Shown: positions 1-10,599 of the stretch, one piece after another | How positions within the stretch are numbered: position 1 is the stretch's first letter | How the letters are laid out: every line of letters begins with the position of its first letter | Source of the DNA: an uncultured Candidatus Rokubacteria bacterium | Lineage (GTDB): Bacteria; Methylomirabilota; Methylomirabilia; Rokubacteriales; CSP1-6 | Length of the DNA: 64,000 nucleotides | NCBI GenBank assembly: GCA_963747235.1 | Contig: CAVVEU010000031.1 | Location: forward strand, 1-64,000 | Reading direction: 5' to 3' | Position numbers and translations under genes: made by a program | The notes under the pieces: generated by a model | Seen by the model: only the letters and a program-made list of their open reading frames with translations | Database searches by the model: none | Told to the model about the DNA's origin: nothing

Positions 1-1
1 C

Positions 2-1120
2 ATTCCGGGAGCGGTCCTGCTGGTGGCGCGCCACGGCAAGATCGCCTTGTTCGACACGGTCGGGGTTCGCAATCCAGAGACCAGGGCGCCGATGACGAAG
101 GACTCGATCTTCCGCATCTACTCGATGAGCAAGCCGATCACTTCGGTGGCGGCGATGGTGCTCTTCGAGGAGGGCAAGTTCGCCCTGAACGAGCCCGTCT
201 CGAAGTACATCCCGCAGCTCGGCGGCCTCAAGGTGGGCGTCGAGAAGCCCGATCCCAGCGGGGGCAAGCCCACCCTCGAGCTGGTGGCGGCCCAGCGCGA
301 CATGACCATCCAGGACCTGTTTCGCCACACCTCGGGGCTGACCTACGGCTTCTTCGGCAATACCATCGTGAAGAAGATGTATGTCGACACCAAGGTCTGG
401 AACGACTACCCGTCGAATGCGGAGCTGGTCGACCGGCTCGCCAAGCTGCCCCTCGCCTCTCAACCGGGCACCATCTGGGACTACAGCCACTCGACCGACG
501 TGCTCGGGCGGCTCGTCGAGGTGATTTCCCGTCAGTCGCTCTATCAGTTCGAAAAGGAGCGGTTGCTCGACCCGCTCGGCATGACGAACACGAGCTTCTA
601 CGTGACCGATGCGGCCAGGCAGGAGCGCATCGTCGAGCCCTTCCGGGACGATCGCAATTTCGGCATCGACGCCGACTTCAACGATCCCCGCGTGGTCCAG
701 AAGTGGGAGTCGGGCGGCGGCGGCATGGTCAGCACCGCCATGGACTACGCGCGCTTCCTCCAGATGCTGCTCAACGGCGGCACCCTCGACGGCAAGCGGG
801 TGCTGGGCCCCAAGACGGTGGCCTACATGGCCGCGGACCACCTGGGCGGCGCGATCGCGCCGGGGCCGCTCTACCTGCCGGGGGTTGGCTTCGGTTTTGG
901 CCTGGGCTTCGCGGTGCGCAAGGATGCCGGCGTGTCCCCGATGGCCGGCTCGGTGGGCGAGCTCAACTGGGGTGGGGCGGGCGGCACCTACTTCTGGGTC
1001 GATCCGAAGGAGGACATGTTCGTGGTCTTCATGATGCAGTCGCCCAAGCGGCGGGTGCCGTACCGCACCGTGCTCAAGGACATGATCTACGCGGCGGTCA
1101 CCAGGCCCGTCGCGAAATAG
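2..1120 (+). CDS. Serine hydrolase, beta-lactamase class C/esterase family (5' truncated by window)
   Basis: Frame open from base 2 ([13 protein letters not shown]). SxxK motif in [32 protein letters not shown]. Confidence 0.9.
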   Translation: MPGAVLLVARHGKIALFDTVGVRNPETRAPMTKDSIFRIYSMSKPITSVAAMVLFEEGKFALNEPVSKYIPQLGGLKVGVEKPDPSGGKPTLELVAAQRDMTIQDLFRHTSGLTYGFFGNTIVKKMYVDTKVWNDYPSNAELVDRLAKLPLASQPGTIWDYSHSTDVLGRLVEVISRQSLYQFEKERLLDPLGMTNTSFYVTDAARQERIVEPFRDDRNFGIDADFNDPRVVQKWESGGGGMVSTAMDYARFLQMLLNGGTLDGKRVLGPKTVAYMAADHLGGAIAPGPLYLPGVGFGFGLGFAVRKDAGVSPMAGSVGELNWGGAGGTYFWVDPKEDMFVVFMMQSPKRRVPYRTVLKDMIYAAVTRPVAK

Positions 1121-1151
1121 TGTCGCCAGGGGACGGGTCTCCACGGGACCC

Positions 1152-2094
1152 ATGAGAGACGACGCGCTCGTCCGCTTCACCGACCACCAGCTCCCGCGCG
1201 AGGAGCTCCACGCGCTGATGGCGCGCTCCGACGGGCCGGCGCTGCTGCGCACCGCCTGGCACCTGGGCGTGCTCGCGCTCACCGGCACGCTGCTCTGGCG
1301 GCTCCGCGCCACGCTTCTGGGTCCTCCCGCTGCTGGTCGCGCACGGCTACGTGCTCGCGTTCATCTTCTGCGCCTTCCACGAGACCGCGCACCGCACGGC
1401 CTTCCGCACCCGCTGGCTGAACGCGGTGGTCGGCACGCTCGCCGGCTTCCTGACGTTCTGGCCGTACCGGAACTATCGCGTGTACCACTGGGAGCATCAT
1501 CGCCACACCCAGGATCCTTCGCTCGATCCCGAGCTCTTCTTCGCCAAGCCCGCGTCGCTGCCCGTCTACCTCCTCGTGCTGACCGGGATCCCGAACGCGA
1601 TCCGTCGCGTCGGGGACATGCTGCGGCTCGCGCGGGGGCGGGCGGACCGGCCGTGGATGGCGCCCGCGGAGCGCCGGCCCCTCATCCTGGAGGCGCGCGC
1701 CTATCTCGTGGGCTACGCGGTGGTGGCGGCGGCCTCGGTGCTGGTCGGCACGCCCATCGTGCTGCTCGTCTGGATCGCGCCGTGGATGGTCGGCCAGGCG
1801 TTCCTGCGCCCGTACCTGCTGGCCGAGCACACCGGCTGCGGGGTCACGCGGGACTGCCTCGAGAACACGCGCACCACGCTCACGCTGGCGCTCGTGCGGC
1901 TCTTCGCGTGGAACATGCCGTATCACTCCGAGCACCACGCCTACCCGGCGGTGCCCTTCCACGCGCTGCCCCGGCTGCACGAGCAGGTCCGGGGCCGGAT
2001 CGAGCACCTCGAGCCCGGCTACGTGGCAGCCACCGCGAAGGTGAACCGCCATCTCTTCGGCCGGGATCCTGGCATTCTTCGGCACCCCGGCTGA
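1152..2094 (+). CDS. Membrane fatty-acid desaturase family protein (one frameshift near 1316)
   Basis: His boxes HETAH, HWEHH and HSEHH in ORF 1351-2094. The N-terminus is in ORF 1152. Confidence 0.85.
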
Positions 2095-2130
2095 CAATAC
2101 CCGCCTGCACCTATCGCCCCTGCTTCGATG

Positions 2131-2177
2131 TAAGTAGCTGAGTCTAAATATGTCCACTCCATGGCGCGGGGTTTGCT
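2131..2177 (+). promoter_or_regulatory. Sigma54 (-24/-12) promoter with upstream IHF-like site
   Basis: TGGCGC-GGGGT-TTGCT at 2162-2177. Reverse complement of 2131-2143 (ACTCAGCTACTTA) resembles WATCARNNNNTTR. Confidence 0.65.
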
Positions 2178-2203
2178 CTTTCGCTCGGGCAGGTACGAAC
2201 ATC

Positions 2204-2596
2204 ATGACGCCGAGCGTGGTCACGTTGCAGGAGGTTCTGAGGCACCACCGGACGCTGTCCCGGCGGGGGCGGGAGTTCTACGAGAGCCTGCTCGCCCACG
2301 GCGACGTCCTGGCGGTCCGCCTCGACTACCTGCCGGGCGCCATGATGTGGCTCGTGACCACCCCCAACCAGGCGCGGCTGATGCGCAAGGCCCGCGAGGG
2401 CCGGCACACCTCGGATGTGTGCGTGATGAGCCTGGCCGAGGCGCAGGAGCTGTTCAGCACCCTGGGCGACCCGATGCCGAGCGGTCTCTACGAGGTGGCG
2501 GCGTGGCTGCTGGCCCCCGCGCCCGAAGACTTCTCGACCCCCGTGCAGCACGACTCCGTCGATCTCGACGACCCCGAAGACTCCGCCAGCTCGTAG
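2204..2596 (+). CDS. Hypothetical protein with acidic C-terminal tail
   Basis: Host-like codon usage from ATG 2204, which lies just downstream of the sigma54 promoter. Confidence 0.7.
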   Translation: MTPSVVTLQEVLRHHRTLSRRGREFYESLLAHGDVLAVRLDYLPGAMMWLVTTPNQARLMRKAREGRHTSDVCVMSLAEAQELFSTLGDPMPSGLYEVAAWLLAPAPEDFSTPVQHDSVDLDDPEDSASS

Positions 2597-2644
2597 CGCC
2601 CTCGCTTGACTCGCCGGGCGGGCATCCCTAGGATGCCGCCCAGG

Positions 2645-3358
2645 ATGCCCGCCGTTTTCGTCCACGGAGTCCCCGACACGCACCGCGTCTGGACCGCTCT
2701 CCTCTCGCGTCTCGCCCGGAAGGACGTCGTCACGCTGTCTCTGCCGGGATTCGGCTGCCCGGCGCCCGAGGGCTTCGACGCGACCAAGGAAGCCTACGTG
2801 GACTGGCTCCTGGGTGAGCTGGCGCGCCAGTCGGGCCCCATCGACCTCGTCGGCCACGACTGGGGCGCGCTGCTCGTGGTGCGCGCGGTGTCGCTGCGCC
2901 CCGAGGCGGTGCGGAGCTGGACGGTAGGCGGGGCGCCGCTCGATCCCGACTACGAGTGGCACCCGGCCGCGCGCGCCTTCCAGACGCCGGGCATGGGCGA
3001 GCGGGTGATGGAGAGCATGACGCCCGAGGCGCTGCAGCAGGCCCTGGCCGCCGCGGGGGTGCCGGCCGCCGACGCGGCGGAGGCGGGCCGTCAGGTGGAT
3101 CCCACCATGAAGCGCTGCATCCTCGCGCTCTATCGCTCGGCGGTGCACGTGGGGACGGAGTGGACCGACGACCTGCGGCGTGTCACCGCGCCGGGTCTCG
3201 TGCTCTGGGGCGAGCAGGATCCCTACGCGGCGCCGCGCTTCGGCGCGCGCCTGGCCGAGCGCACCGGCGCGCGGTTCGTCTCGTTCCCGAGCTGCTCGCA
3301 CTGGTGGCAGCTCGAGCGGCCGGACGACGTGGCCGACGAGCTCCGGCGTTTCTGGTAG
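2645..3358 (+). CDS. Alpha/beta fold hydrolase (epoxide hydrolase/dehalogenase-like)
   Basis: FVHGVP, SLPGFG, GHDWG nucleophile elbow, C-terminal HWWQLERP. Promoter-like TTGACT(2606)-17-TAGGAT(2629). Confidence 0.85.
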   Translation: MPAVFVHGVPDTHRVWTALLSRLARKDVVTLSLPGFGCPAPEGFDATKEAYVDWLLGELARQSGPIDLVGHDWGALLVVRAVSLRPEAVRSWTVGGAPLDPDYEWHPAARAFQTPGMGERVMESMTPEALQQALAAAGVPAADAAEAGRQVDPTMKRCILALYRSAVHVGTEWTDDLRRVTAPGLVLWGEQDPYAAPRFGARLAERTGARFVSFPSCSHWWQLERPDDVADELRRFW

Positions 3359-3428
3359 TATCCCCGGCGGTAGCTCCCGAGCCCGACTCCCCGCCCCAGC
3401 ACATGCCCACCCGGCAAGGAGGCCCGAG

Positions 3429-4867
3429 ATGGGGAGAGCCCTCGCGCTGATCACCGCGGTTCTGCTGTGCCTGCCCGTTCCGCCGTCGCCCAGGACGCGC
3501 GGGCCACGCTGCAGGGCGCCGCCCGGGCGCTCGGCGCCGACAGCCTGAAGTCGTTCACCTACACGGCCAGCGGCGTCAACTTCGCCATCGGGCAGAGCGC
3601 GCTGCCGGGCGCGGCGTGGCCGCGCTTCAACATCCCGACGTTCAGCCGAGCGGTGAACTACGAGACGGCCTCGCTGCGCGACGAGCAGGTGCGCTCGCGG
3701 GCCGAGATGCCGCCGCGCGGCGGCGGCGTGCCCGCGGTGGGCGAGGTGCGCCAGGTCCAGGTGGTGAGCGGTGATCTCGCGTGGAACGTGGCCGGCGAGA
3801 CGGCGGCGGCCGCCCCGGTGGCGCTGGTCGAGCGGCAGCTCCAGCTCTGGACCACGCCCCACGGCGTCATCAAGGCGGCCATGGCGAACAACGCCACCGT
3901 GCAGGGGCGCACCGTGGCCTTCGCGGTGCCCGGCCGCTACTCGATCAAGGCCACGCTGGACGATCGCGGCATGGTCGAGCGGGTCGAGGCGGTGCTCTCG
4001 AACCCGGTGGTGGGCGACATGCCGGTGGAGGTGACCTACGCCGACTACCGGGACTTCGGCGGGGTGAAGTTCCCGATGCGCATCCGCCAGGCCGCGGGCG
4101 GCTTCCCTGCGCGCGGACCTGACGGTGAGCGACGTGAAGCCCAATGCGCCGGTGGAGATCGCGGTGCCCGACAGCGTCCGAGGCGGCGACCATGCCCTAC
4201 GCGCGGGTCACGCAGCGAATCGGTCGCCGACGGCGTGTGGTACGTGACCGGCGGCAGCCACCACAGCGTGGTGATCGAGATGTCGGACCACACGATGGTG
4301 GTGGAGTCCCCGCTGAACGACGAGCGGGCGGTCGCGGTCATCGCGGAGGCGCGCCGGCTCGTGCCCGGCAAGCCCATCCGCTACGTGATCAACAGCCACC
4401 ACCACTTCGACCACTCGGGCGGCCTCCGCGCCTTCGCGGCGGAGGGCATCACCGTGATCACGCACGAGACCACCCGCGTCTTCTTCGAGGGCGCGCTGGC
4501 GGCCCCCGCGACCATGACGCCGGATCGTCAGCAGGCCGCGCGTCGGAAGGTCGCGGTGGAGGGCGTGCGCGACAAGCGCGTGCTCACCGACGGGGCGCGC
4601 AGCGTGGAGCTCCATCACATGGCGGGCAGCACGCACGCCGACGGGATGCTGATGGTCTACCTGCCGAAGGAGCGGCTCCTGATCCAGGCCGACGCCTTCA
4701 CCCCCGGTCCGCCGAACGCGCCGGTGCCCGCGATCATCAATCCGCTGAGCGTGAACCTGGCCGACAACATCGCCCGCCTCAACCTCGGGGTGGACCGGCT
4801 CCTGCCGCTGCACGGGCGCATCGTGCCGCTGGCGGAGCTGCACCGGATGATCGGCCGGAGCAACTGA
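3429..4867 (+). CDS. Secreted MBL-fold metallo-hydrolase (frameshifts near 3480, 4110, 4215)
   Basis: SD AAGGAGG before ATG 3429 and a signal-peptide-like start. HHHFDHSGG (HxHxDH) motif, later H-D-H ligands. Confidence 0.8.
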
Positions 4868-4876
4868 CCCGACCAC

Positions 4877-4911
4877 CCCCTCACCCTGCCCTCTCCCCTC
4901 AGGGGAGAGGG
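4877..4911 (+). repeat. BoxC/REP-like palindromic element, copy 1
   Basis: CCCCTCACCCTGCCCTCTCCCCTCAGGGGAGAGGG between convergent genes. A near-identical inverted copy lies at 52881-52915. Confidence 0.8.
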
Positions 4912-4926
4912 GGTGGGGGGCAGTTG

Positions 4927-5889
4927 CTAGCTCACTCCCGGCTCGAGCAGGGTGAGCGTGCCCGCGTCGGCGTCGAGCTCGGCCAGGCAGCCGAGCGGCA
5001 GTGTGGTCTGGTCCTCGATGTGGCCGAGCATGATGCCGGAGATCGCGGGCACGCCCAGGGCCCGGCAGCGCTCGGCCAGGATGTCGTCGAGCGGGCGATT
5101 CTGCAGGAAGAACGGCGACGGATTGCAGTTCGTGAATTTCCCGAACGCCACTCCCGCGACGCCCGCCAGCGCGCCCGACAGCCAGAGCTGGGTCAGCATC
5201 CGGTCGATACGGTAGTACGCCTCCTCGACGTCCTCCAGAAACAGGATCGCGCCGCGCAGGTCGGGGAAGTAGGGTGTGCCGCAGAGGTGCGACATCAGGC
5301 AGAGGTTGCCGCCGAGCAGGCGCCCGCGCGCCTTGCCGGGCACCAGCGTGGCCACCCGGTTCTCCCAGTCCACCCGGCCCTCGGCCCGCTCGAAGGGCGG
5401 GGGCCCGCCGAGGCGCACCGGCGTCTCCCCGGTCCACAGCACGCGCTTGAGCTCGCCCAGCGAGTAGGGCGTGAACGCGCGAAAGGCCACCGGCCCGTGG
5501 AAGGTGACGAGGCCGGCGTGGCGGTGGATCGCCACGTGGAGCGCGGTGATGTCGCTGTAGCCGATCAGCGCCTTGGGCTTGCGCTGCATGAGCGCGTAGT
5601 CGAGCGCGGGCAGGATCCGAGACGCCCCGTAGCCGCCCCGCACGCACCAGATCGCGTCCACCCCGTCGTCGGCGAACATGCCGTTGAGGTCGTCGGCGCG
5701 GGCGGCGTCGGAGCCGGCCAGGTAGCCGTCGCGATCGAAGAGATGCGCGCCGGGCTTCACCTTGAAGCCGAGCGACTCGATCGTGTCGATGGCGAAGCGG
5801 ATGCGCTCGGGCTCGTTGGGCGCCGCCGACGGCGCCACCATCCCGATGGTCTGACCCGGAGCGAGGCGGCGCGGGCGAAGGAGTGGCAT
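4927..5889 (-). CDS. LD-carboxypeptidase (peptidase S66, LdcA/MccF-like)
   Basis: RGGYG, GYSDIT (Ser), LLGGNL, ILFLEDV (Glu), GHIE (His). Confidence 0.9.
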   Translation of the reverse strand: MPLLRPRRLAPGQTIGMVAPSAAPNEPERIRFAIDTIESLGFKVKPGAHLFDRDGYLAGSDAARADDLNGMFADDGVDAIWCVRGGYGASRILPALDYALMQRKPKALIGYSDITALHVAIHRHAGLVTFHGPVAFRAFTPYSLGELKRVLWTGETPVRLGGPPPFERAEGRVDWENRVATLVPGKARGRLLGGNLCLMSHLCGTPYFPDLRGAILFLEDVEEAYYRIDRMLTQLWLSGALAGVAGVAFGKFTNCNPSPFFLQNRPLDDILAERCRALGVPAISGIMLGHIEDQTTLPLGCLAELDADAGTLTLLEPGVS

Positions 5890-5947
5890 GCGGGCATCTT
5901 ACCGCGCCTTGACTTTGTCCCGGGAGCGCGGCTAGTCTGCCACCTCC

Positions 5948-7392
5948 ATGAGCGCGACGAAGCGCACCGCGATCCGGGCCGGCTACATCCTCGCCTTCGA
6001 CGGCCGCGGCCACCGCCTGCTGCGGGACGGCGTCGTGGTGATGGAAGGCGACCACATCCTCCACGTCGGGCCCCGCTTCGACGGCACCGTGGACGAGACG
6101 GTGGACGCGCGCGACCGCGTCGTGACCCCCGGCCTGATCTCCACCCACGCCCACATCGGCGGCTCGCCGCTGGACCGCTCGTTCATCGAGGATCGCGGCA
6201 CCCCGCAGTTCTGGTACTCGGGCCTCTTCGAGATGCTGCCGGTGCGCAGCGAGGGGCAGGACGAGGAAGGCGGCCGCGCCTGCGTGGACTTCTCGATGGC
6301 CGAGCTGCTACGGGGCGGGGTCACCACCGTCATGGAGATCGGCGGGCTCGGGGAGTACGTGGTCGAGCGCGCCGCGCACTACGGGATCCGCGTGTACATG
6401 GGCCAGGCCTTCCGGTCCGGGCGCTGGCTCACCCGGGACGGCAAGCGCGTGGAGTGGGAATGGAACGAGGAGCAGGGCCGGCAGGGACTGCGCCGCGCGG
6501 TGGACTTCCACGCGAAGCACGATGGCGCCCACGGCGGCCTGGTGCGCTGCTTCGTCTCGCCCGCCCAGATCGATACCTGCACGCCCGCCCTGCTCCAGGA
6601 GGCGAAGCGCTTCGCGGACGAGGCGCGCGTGCCGTACCAGGTGCACACCTCGCAGTCGGTGGTGGAGTTCAACGAGATGGTGGCCCGCCACGGCAAGACG
6701 CCCATCGCCTGGATGCGCGAGCTGGGGGTGCTCGGCTCCAACACGATCCTCGGCCACGCCATCATCATCGGCGGCTCGTCCTGGACGAACTATCCGGCGG
6801 GCGACGTGGCCATCATGGCGGACGCGGGCTGCTCGGTGGCCCACGCGGTCTGGGTCTTCGCGCGACGGGGCGTGGCCATGGAGTCGTTCGCGCGCTACCG
6901 CGCGGCCGGCGTCAACATGTCGCTCGGCACCGACACCAACCCCCAGAGCGTGATCGAGGCGATGCGCTGGGCCGCGGTGTGCTCGAAGATGATGGAGCGC
7001 AATACCGAGGCCACCACCGCCGCCCACGCCTTCGACGCGGCGACGCTGGGCGGCGCGCGAGCGCTCGGGCGCGACGATCTGGGGCGGATCGCCCCCGGGG
7101 CCAAGGCCGACCTGGTGCTGTGGAAGGCCACCTCGTGGCGGATGACGCCGCTGCGCGATCCCGATCAAGAACCTGGTCTACAACGCGGCCGACGAGGACG
7201 TGGACCGCGTCTACGTCAACGGGCGCCTGGTGGTGGACGGTGGCCGCGTGCTCGCCGCCGACGAGGGCGCGATCCTGGCCGCGCTGCAGGCGGCGGGCGA
7301 CCGGATGTGGCCGCGCATGGCGAAGGGCGGACTGGGCCGGCCGCGACGCCGATCAGCTTTCCCCGCAGACCTACGCGGACTGGAGCGGCTAG
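5948..7392 (+). CDS. Amidohydrolase family protein (chlorohydrolase/deaminase-like; frameshifts near 7163 and 7330)
   Basis: PGLISTHAH, QVHTSQ, LGTD, GRIAPGAKADLV. The C-terminus continues in other frames to LSPQTYADWSG*. Confidence 0.85.
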
Positions 7393-7404
7393 GCCGAGCG
7401 GGAC

Positions 7405-8305
7405 CTAGCGGCGCTTGAGCAGCCAGTCCACCGCGGCGGAGCCGTCGGTGGCCTCGCGCTCTCGGCGCCGCGGGCCGGCTCCGCGGGCCGCGGAGCCGCG
7501 GGAGCGGGCGGGCGGACCGCCTCGACCGCGCGAGCCGGCTCGGGCGCGCGCGAGCCGTTCTCCGGGGCCGACACGTTGCGCGTGGGGGTCGTGGTCGACG
7601 CGCGCTGGGGCGGGGGAACGATCTCGACCGGCTGGGGCCTCGCCGGAGCCGGCGCGGGCTCGGGCCGCGGCGCCGGCCGGATCTCCGGCGCGGGCGTGGC
7701 GCTGCGGCGCGCGGCGCCGTGGCCGGCGCGGGCCGGGGCGTCGGGGCCACGACGACCGGCGGCGGGGGCGTCACGGGCATCGGCGCGGCGCCTGGGCGCG
7801 GCGGCCGTGGGGGCGTAGGCGGCGGGCGCTGCGGCGACCGTCGGGCGCGGGCGCGCTCGTGACCCGCTCGGCGTGGCGTGGGCGCCTCCGCGGGGCCCTT
7901 GACCTGCGGTGCGGCGCGCACCGGACGCCGCGAGCCCTCGTCCACGAGCAGCTCGACGCTCCGGGCGAAGCGTCGCCCGTGGTAGAGCTCGTAGGCGACC
8001 TTGACCTGGCCGCCGGGCCGGATGTCCTCGAACCAGCCGTCCTTGGCGCCGACGGTGATCCGCGTGGTCTTGGTCACCACCAGCGGTACCACGCCGCCCC
8101 CGAACGGTCCGGAGTTGACGTGGATGGTGTTGGCTTCGACCTTCGACACCCAGCCCACCGTCTCGCCGTCGGGCCGGTCCCGCCCCGGCGTGAACGCGTA
8201 GTCGCCCGGATCGGGCGGCCAGAGCATCAGCACGACCGCGGCCAGGAGCGCCAGGCTCCCGGCCGCGGCGCCGATCGAGAGAAAGCGGTTGCCGCCGGAT
8301 ACCAC
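7405..8305 (-). CDS. Membrane-anchored protein with small beta-barrel domain and long Pro/Ala-rich tail (frameshifted)
   Basis: N-terminal TM helix, beta-rich domain (TVGWVSKVE...VKVAYE), Pro-rich region, ends DGSAAVDWLLKRR*. Directly follows the TAXI gene. Confidence 0.6.
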
Positions 8306-8309
8306 GCGT

Positions 8310-9314
8310 CTACTCGTCAAGAAGTCCCTTGATCGCGTTGAAGACCGGATTCTCGTTCGCGGCGGGCTTGGCCGCGGTCGCGGGCGCCGCGGCGGCGGTG
8401 CCGATGTACTTCCGCACGCAGTCGTACTGCTCCCAGCCCTTCAGCGGATAGTTGAGATCGACCACCTTCCACTTCGGGTGGCCGTTCTGGAGCAGCGAGG
8501 GCATCTGCTTCTGTATCGTCTGGGCGAAGCGGCCGACGTTGTCGCAGTCCTTCCGGCGGAAATCGAACGACACGAGCACCGCCTTGACCGCCACGCTGTT
8601 GACCGGGGTCTTCTGCCACTCGTAGACGTTGGCGGGGATGTCGGCGCGCGGATAGAACTCGGTGATGCTCTTGTTCGTGATCGGGATCAGCTCGAGGCCG
8701 TCCTTCTCGGTGACGTCGTCCTTGAGCAGCTTCACCGGGTATCCGGCCACGTAGAACATCGCGTCGATGCGGCCGGCCTTGAGCTCGGCGAGCGCCTCGC
8801 CGGTGTCGATCGGCACCATCTCGGCGGGCACGACCTCGGAGAGCTTGAAGAGCAGCCGCGAGGTGAGATAGGTGCCGCTCCCGTCACGGCCGATGGCCAC
8901 GCGCTTGCCGGTCAGGTCGTCGAAATCGCGGATGCCCCGCTTGCCCAGCAGGTGGACTTCCTCGTTGTAGAGCGGGAACACCATGCGCGTCTTCTTGGCG
9001 ATGCGGGTCAGGACCGGGTCCGACTGCACCCGGGCCACGAACGCGAGCACGTCGGACTGCACGATGCCCATCTGCACGCCGGGGCGCTGGTACACCGCGA
9101 AGACGTTCTCGATGGAGCCCTTCGACGTGTGCACCGTCAGGTTCACGCCGGTCGGCTTCGTCAGCTTCTGCAGATCGAGGCCGAACTGGTAGTAGGTGCC
9201 CTTGTCGCCGCCGGTGATGATGCCCATGTCCTCCGCGGCCGGGCAGAGGCTGGCCGCGACCAGGAGCATCAGGATCGCCAGCGAGCTCTGGATGATCAAT
9301 TTCGATTTCGTCAC
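8310..9314 (-). CDS. TAXI family TRAP transporter solute-binding protein
   Basis: Signal peptide, ITGGDKGTYY, TSKGSIEN, GIVQSDV, PLYNEEVHL, GSGT. SD GAGGAG. Confidence 0.9.
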   Translation of the reverse strand: MTKSKLIIQSSLAILMLLVAASLCPAAEDMGIITGGDKGTYYQFGLDLQKLTKPTGVNLTVHTSKGSIENVFAVYQRPGVQMGIVQSDVLAFVARVQSDPVLTRIAKKTRMVFPLYNEEVHLLGKRGIRDFDDLTGKRVAIGRDGSGTYLTSRLLFKLSEVVPAEMVPIDTGEALAELKAGRIDAMFYVAGYPVKLLKDDVTEKDGLELIPITNKSITEFYPRADIPANVYEWQKTPVNSVAVKAVLVSFDFRRKDCDNVGRFAQTIQKQMPSLLQNGHPKWKVVDLNYPLKGWEQYDCVRKYIGTAAAAPATAAKPAANENPVFNAIKGLLDE

Positions 9315-9361
9315 AGGTTGTTCTCCTCTAGGCGAGAGTCGCCCCGCGAGCCTCGGATAGG

Positions 9362-9377
9362 GGCAAGCCCCGTACCA
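9362..9377 (-). promoter_or_regulatory. Sigma54 promoter of the TAXI gene
   Basis: Minus strand TGGTAC-GGGGC-TTGCC about 48 nt upstream of GTG 9314. IHF-like AGTCCAGGGGTTA near 9396-9408. Confidence 0.6.
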
Positions 9378-9653
9378 GTCGCCGAAATCGAACGGAGTCC
9401 AGGGGTTAGCGCTGACAATGCGAACCTTGCATGGGGAGCCACCTTCGATTTACTGGATACTCCGACTACCCAACCTGGCCTCCCGCGACCCTTCCGTTCG
9501 CCCGGGCCGCGTGCGCGGCTCCGGAGCCGCGACGATGACACAAGCCCGGGGGCCAGTCAACTCGGACCACGCGACGCGTCAATCGGCCCGGCGCGCGGCG
9601 GACTTGCGTGGAGCGCGCCACTCGGCGTACAGTCCCGCGCCGGAGGGAACACC

Positions 9654-10586
9654 ATGCCCGAGCGTCCGCTGCCGACCGAGCAGGAAGTGCGCGCCTTGAT
9701 CCATGATCGCCGCAACTGGGGACGCTGGGGGAAGGACGACCAGCTCGGCGCGATCAATCTGATCACCCCGGCCAAGCGCGCGACGGCCGCCCGGCTCGTG
9801 CGCACGGGACGGAGCGTGTCCCTGAGCCGCCCGTTTCCCAAGGAGCCCGGTCCCAACAACGCGCTGCCCGCGCAGCACTACATGCGGACGCTGGCGCGCG
9901 GCAAGGGCGGCTTCGCCGCCGACTACTACGGCATCTTCTATCACGGCATCGCCTCCACCCACATCGACGCGCTCTGCCACACGTGGGACGAGGAGGCGAT
10001 GTGGAATGGGCGCGATCCGAAGAAGGAGATCACGTTCGACGGCGCGACCTTCGGCTCCGTCGAGCACTGGGCCGAGGGCATCATCACGCGCGGGGTCTTC
10101 CTCGATGTGCCGCGCCACCGCGGGGTGCCGTCGGTGAGCTGGGACCGGCCCGTGCACGGCTGGGAGCTCGAGGACATCGCGCGGGCGCGCGGGCTCACGC
10201 TCGAGCCGGGCGACGCGGTGTGCGTCTATTCGGGACGGGAGGCCTGGCAGGAGGCGAACGGCGAGAAGCCCTATGGTCGGCCCTTCGGGCCCGGCCCCAT
10301 GGAGCGGCCCGGGCTGCACGTCTCCTGCCTCGAGTTCCTGCGTGACCACGACGTGAGCGTGCTCGTGTGGGACATGCTGGACCACCTGCCGGTCGGGTAC
10401 GACATCCCCTGGGCGGTGCACGCCGCCCTCTTCGCCTACGGGGTCGCGCTCGTGGACAACGCGCTCCTCGAGCCCCTCAGCCGCGCGTGCGTGGAGGAGA
10501 AGCGGGACGAGTTCATGCTGATCGTCGCCCCGCTCGTGGTGGTCGGCGGCACCGGCTCGCCCGCCAACCCGCTCGCGGTGTTCTGA
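9654..10586 (+). CDS. Cyclase family protein (kynurenine formamidase-like)
   Basis: NWGRWGKDDQLGAINLIT, HGIASTHIDALCH, GGTGSPANPLAVF. SD GGAGG. Confidence 0.9.
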   Translation: MPERPLPTEQEVRALIHDRRNWGRWGKDDQLGAINLITPAKRATAARLVRTGRSVSLSRPFPKEPGPNNALPAQHYMRTLARGKGGFAADYYGIFYHGIASTHIDALCHTWDEEAMWNGRDPKKEITFDGATFGSVEHWAEGIITRGVFLDVPRHRGVPSVSWDRPVHGWELEDIARARGLTLEPGDAVCVYSGREAWQEANGEKPYGRPFGPGPMERPGLHVSCLEFLRDHDVSVLVWDMLDHLPVGYDIPWAVHAALFAYGVALVDNALLEPLSRACVEEKRDEFMLIVAPLVVVGGTGSPANPLAVF

Positions 10587-10599
10587 GGGCGACGCCGGC

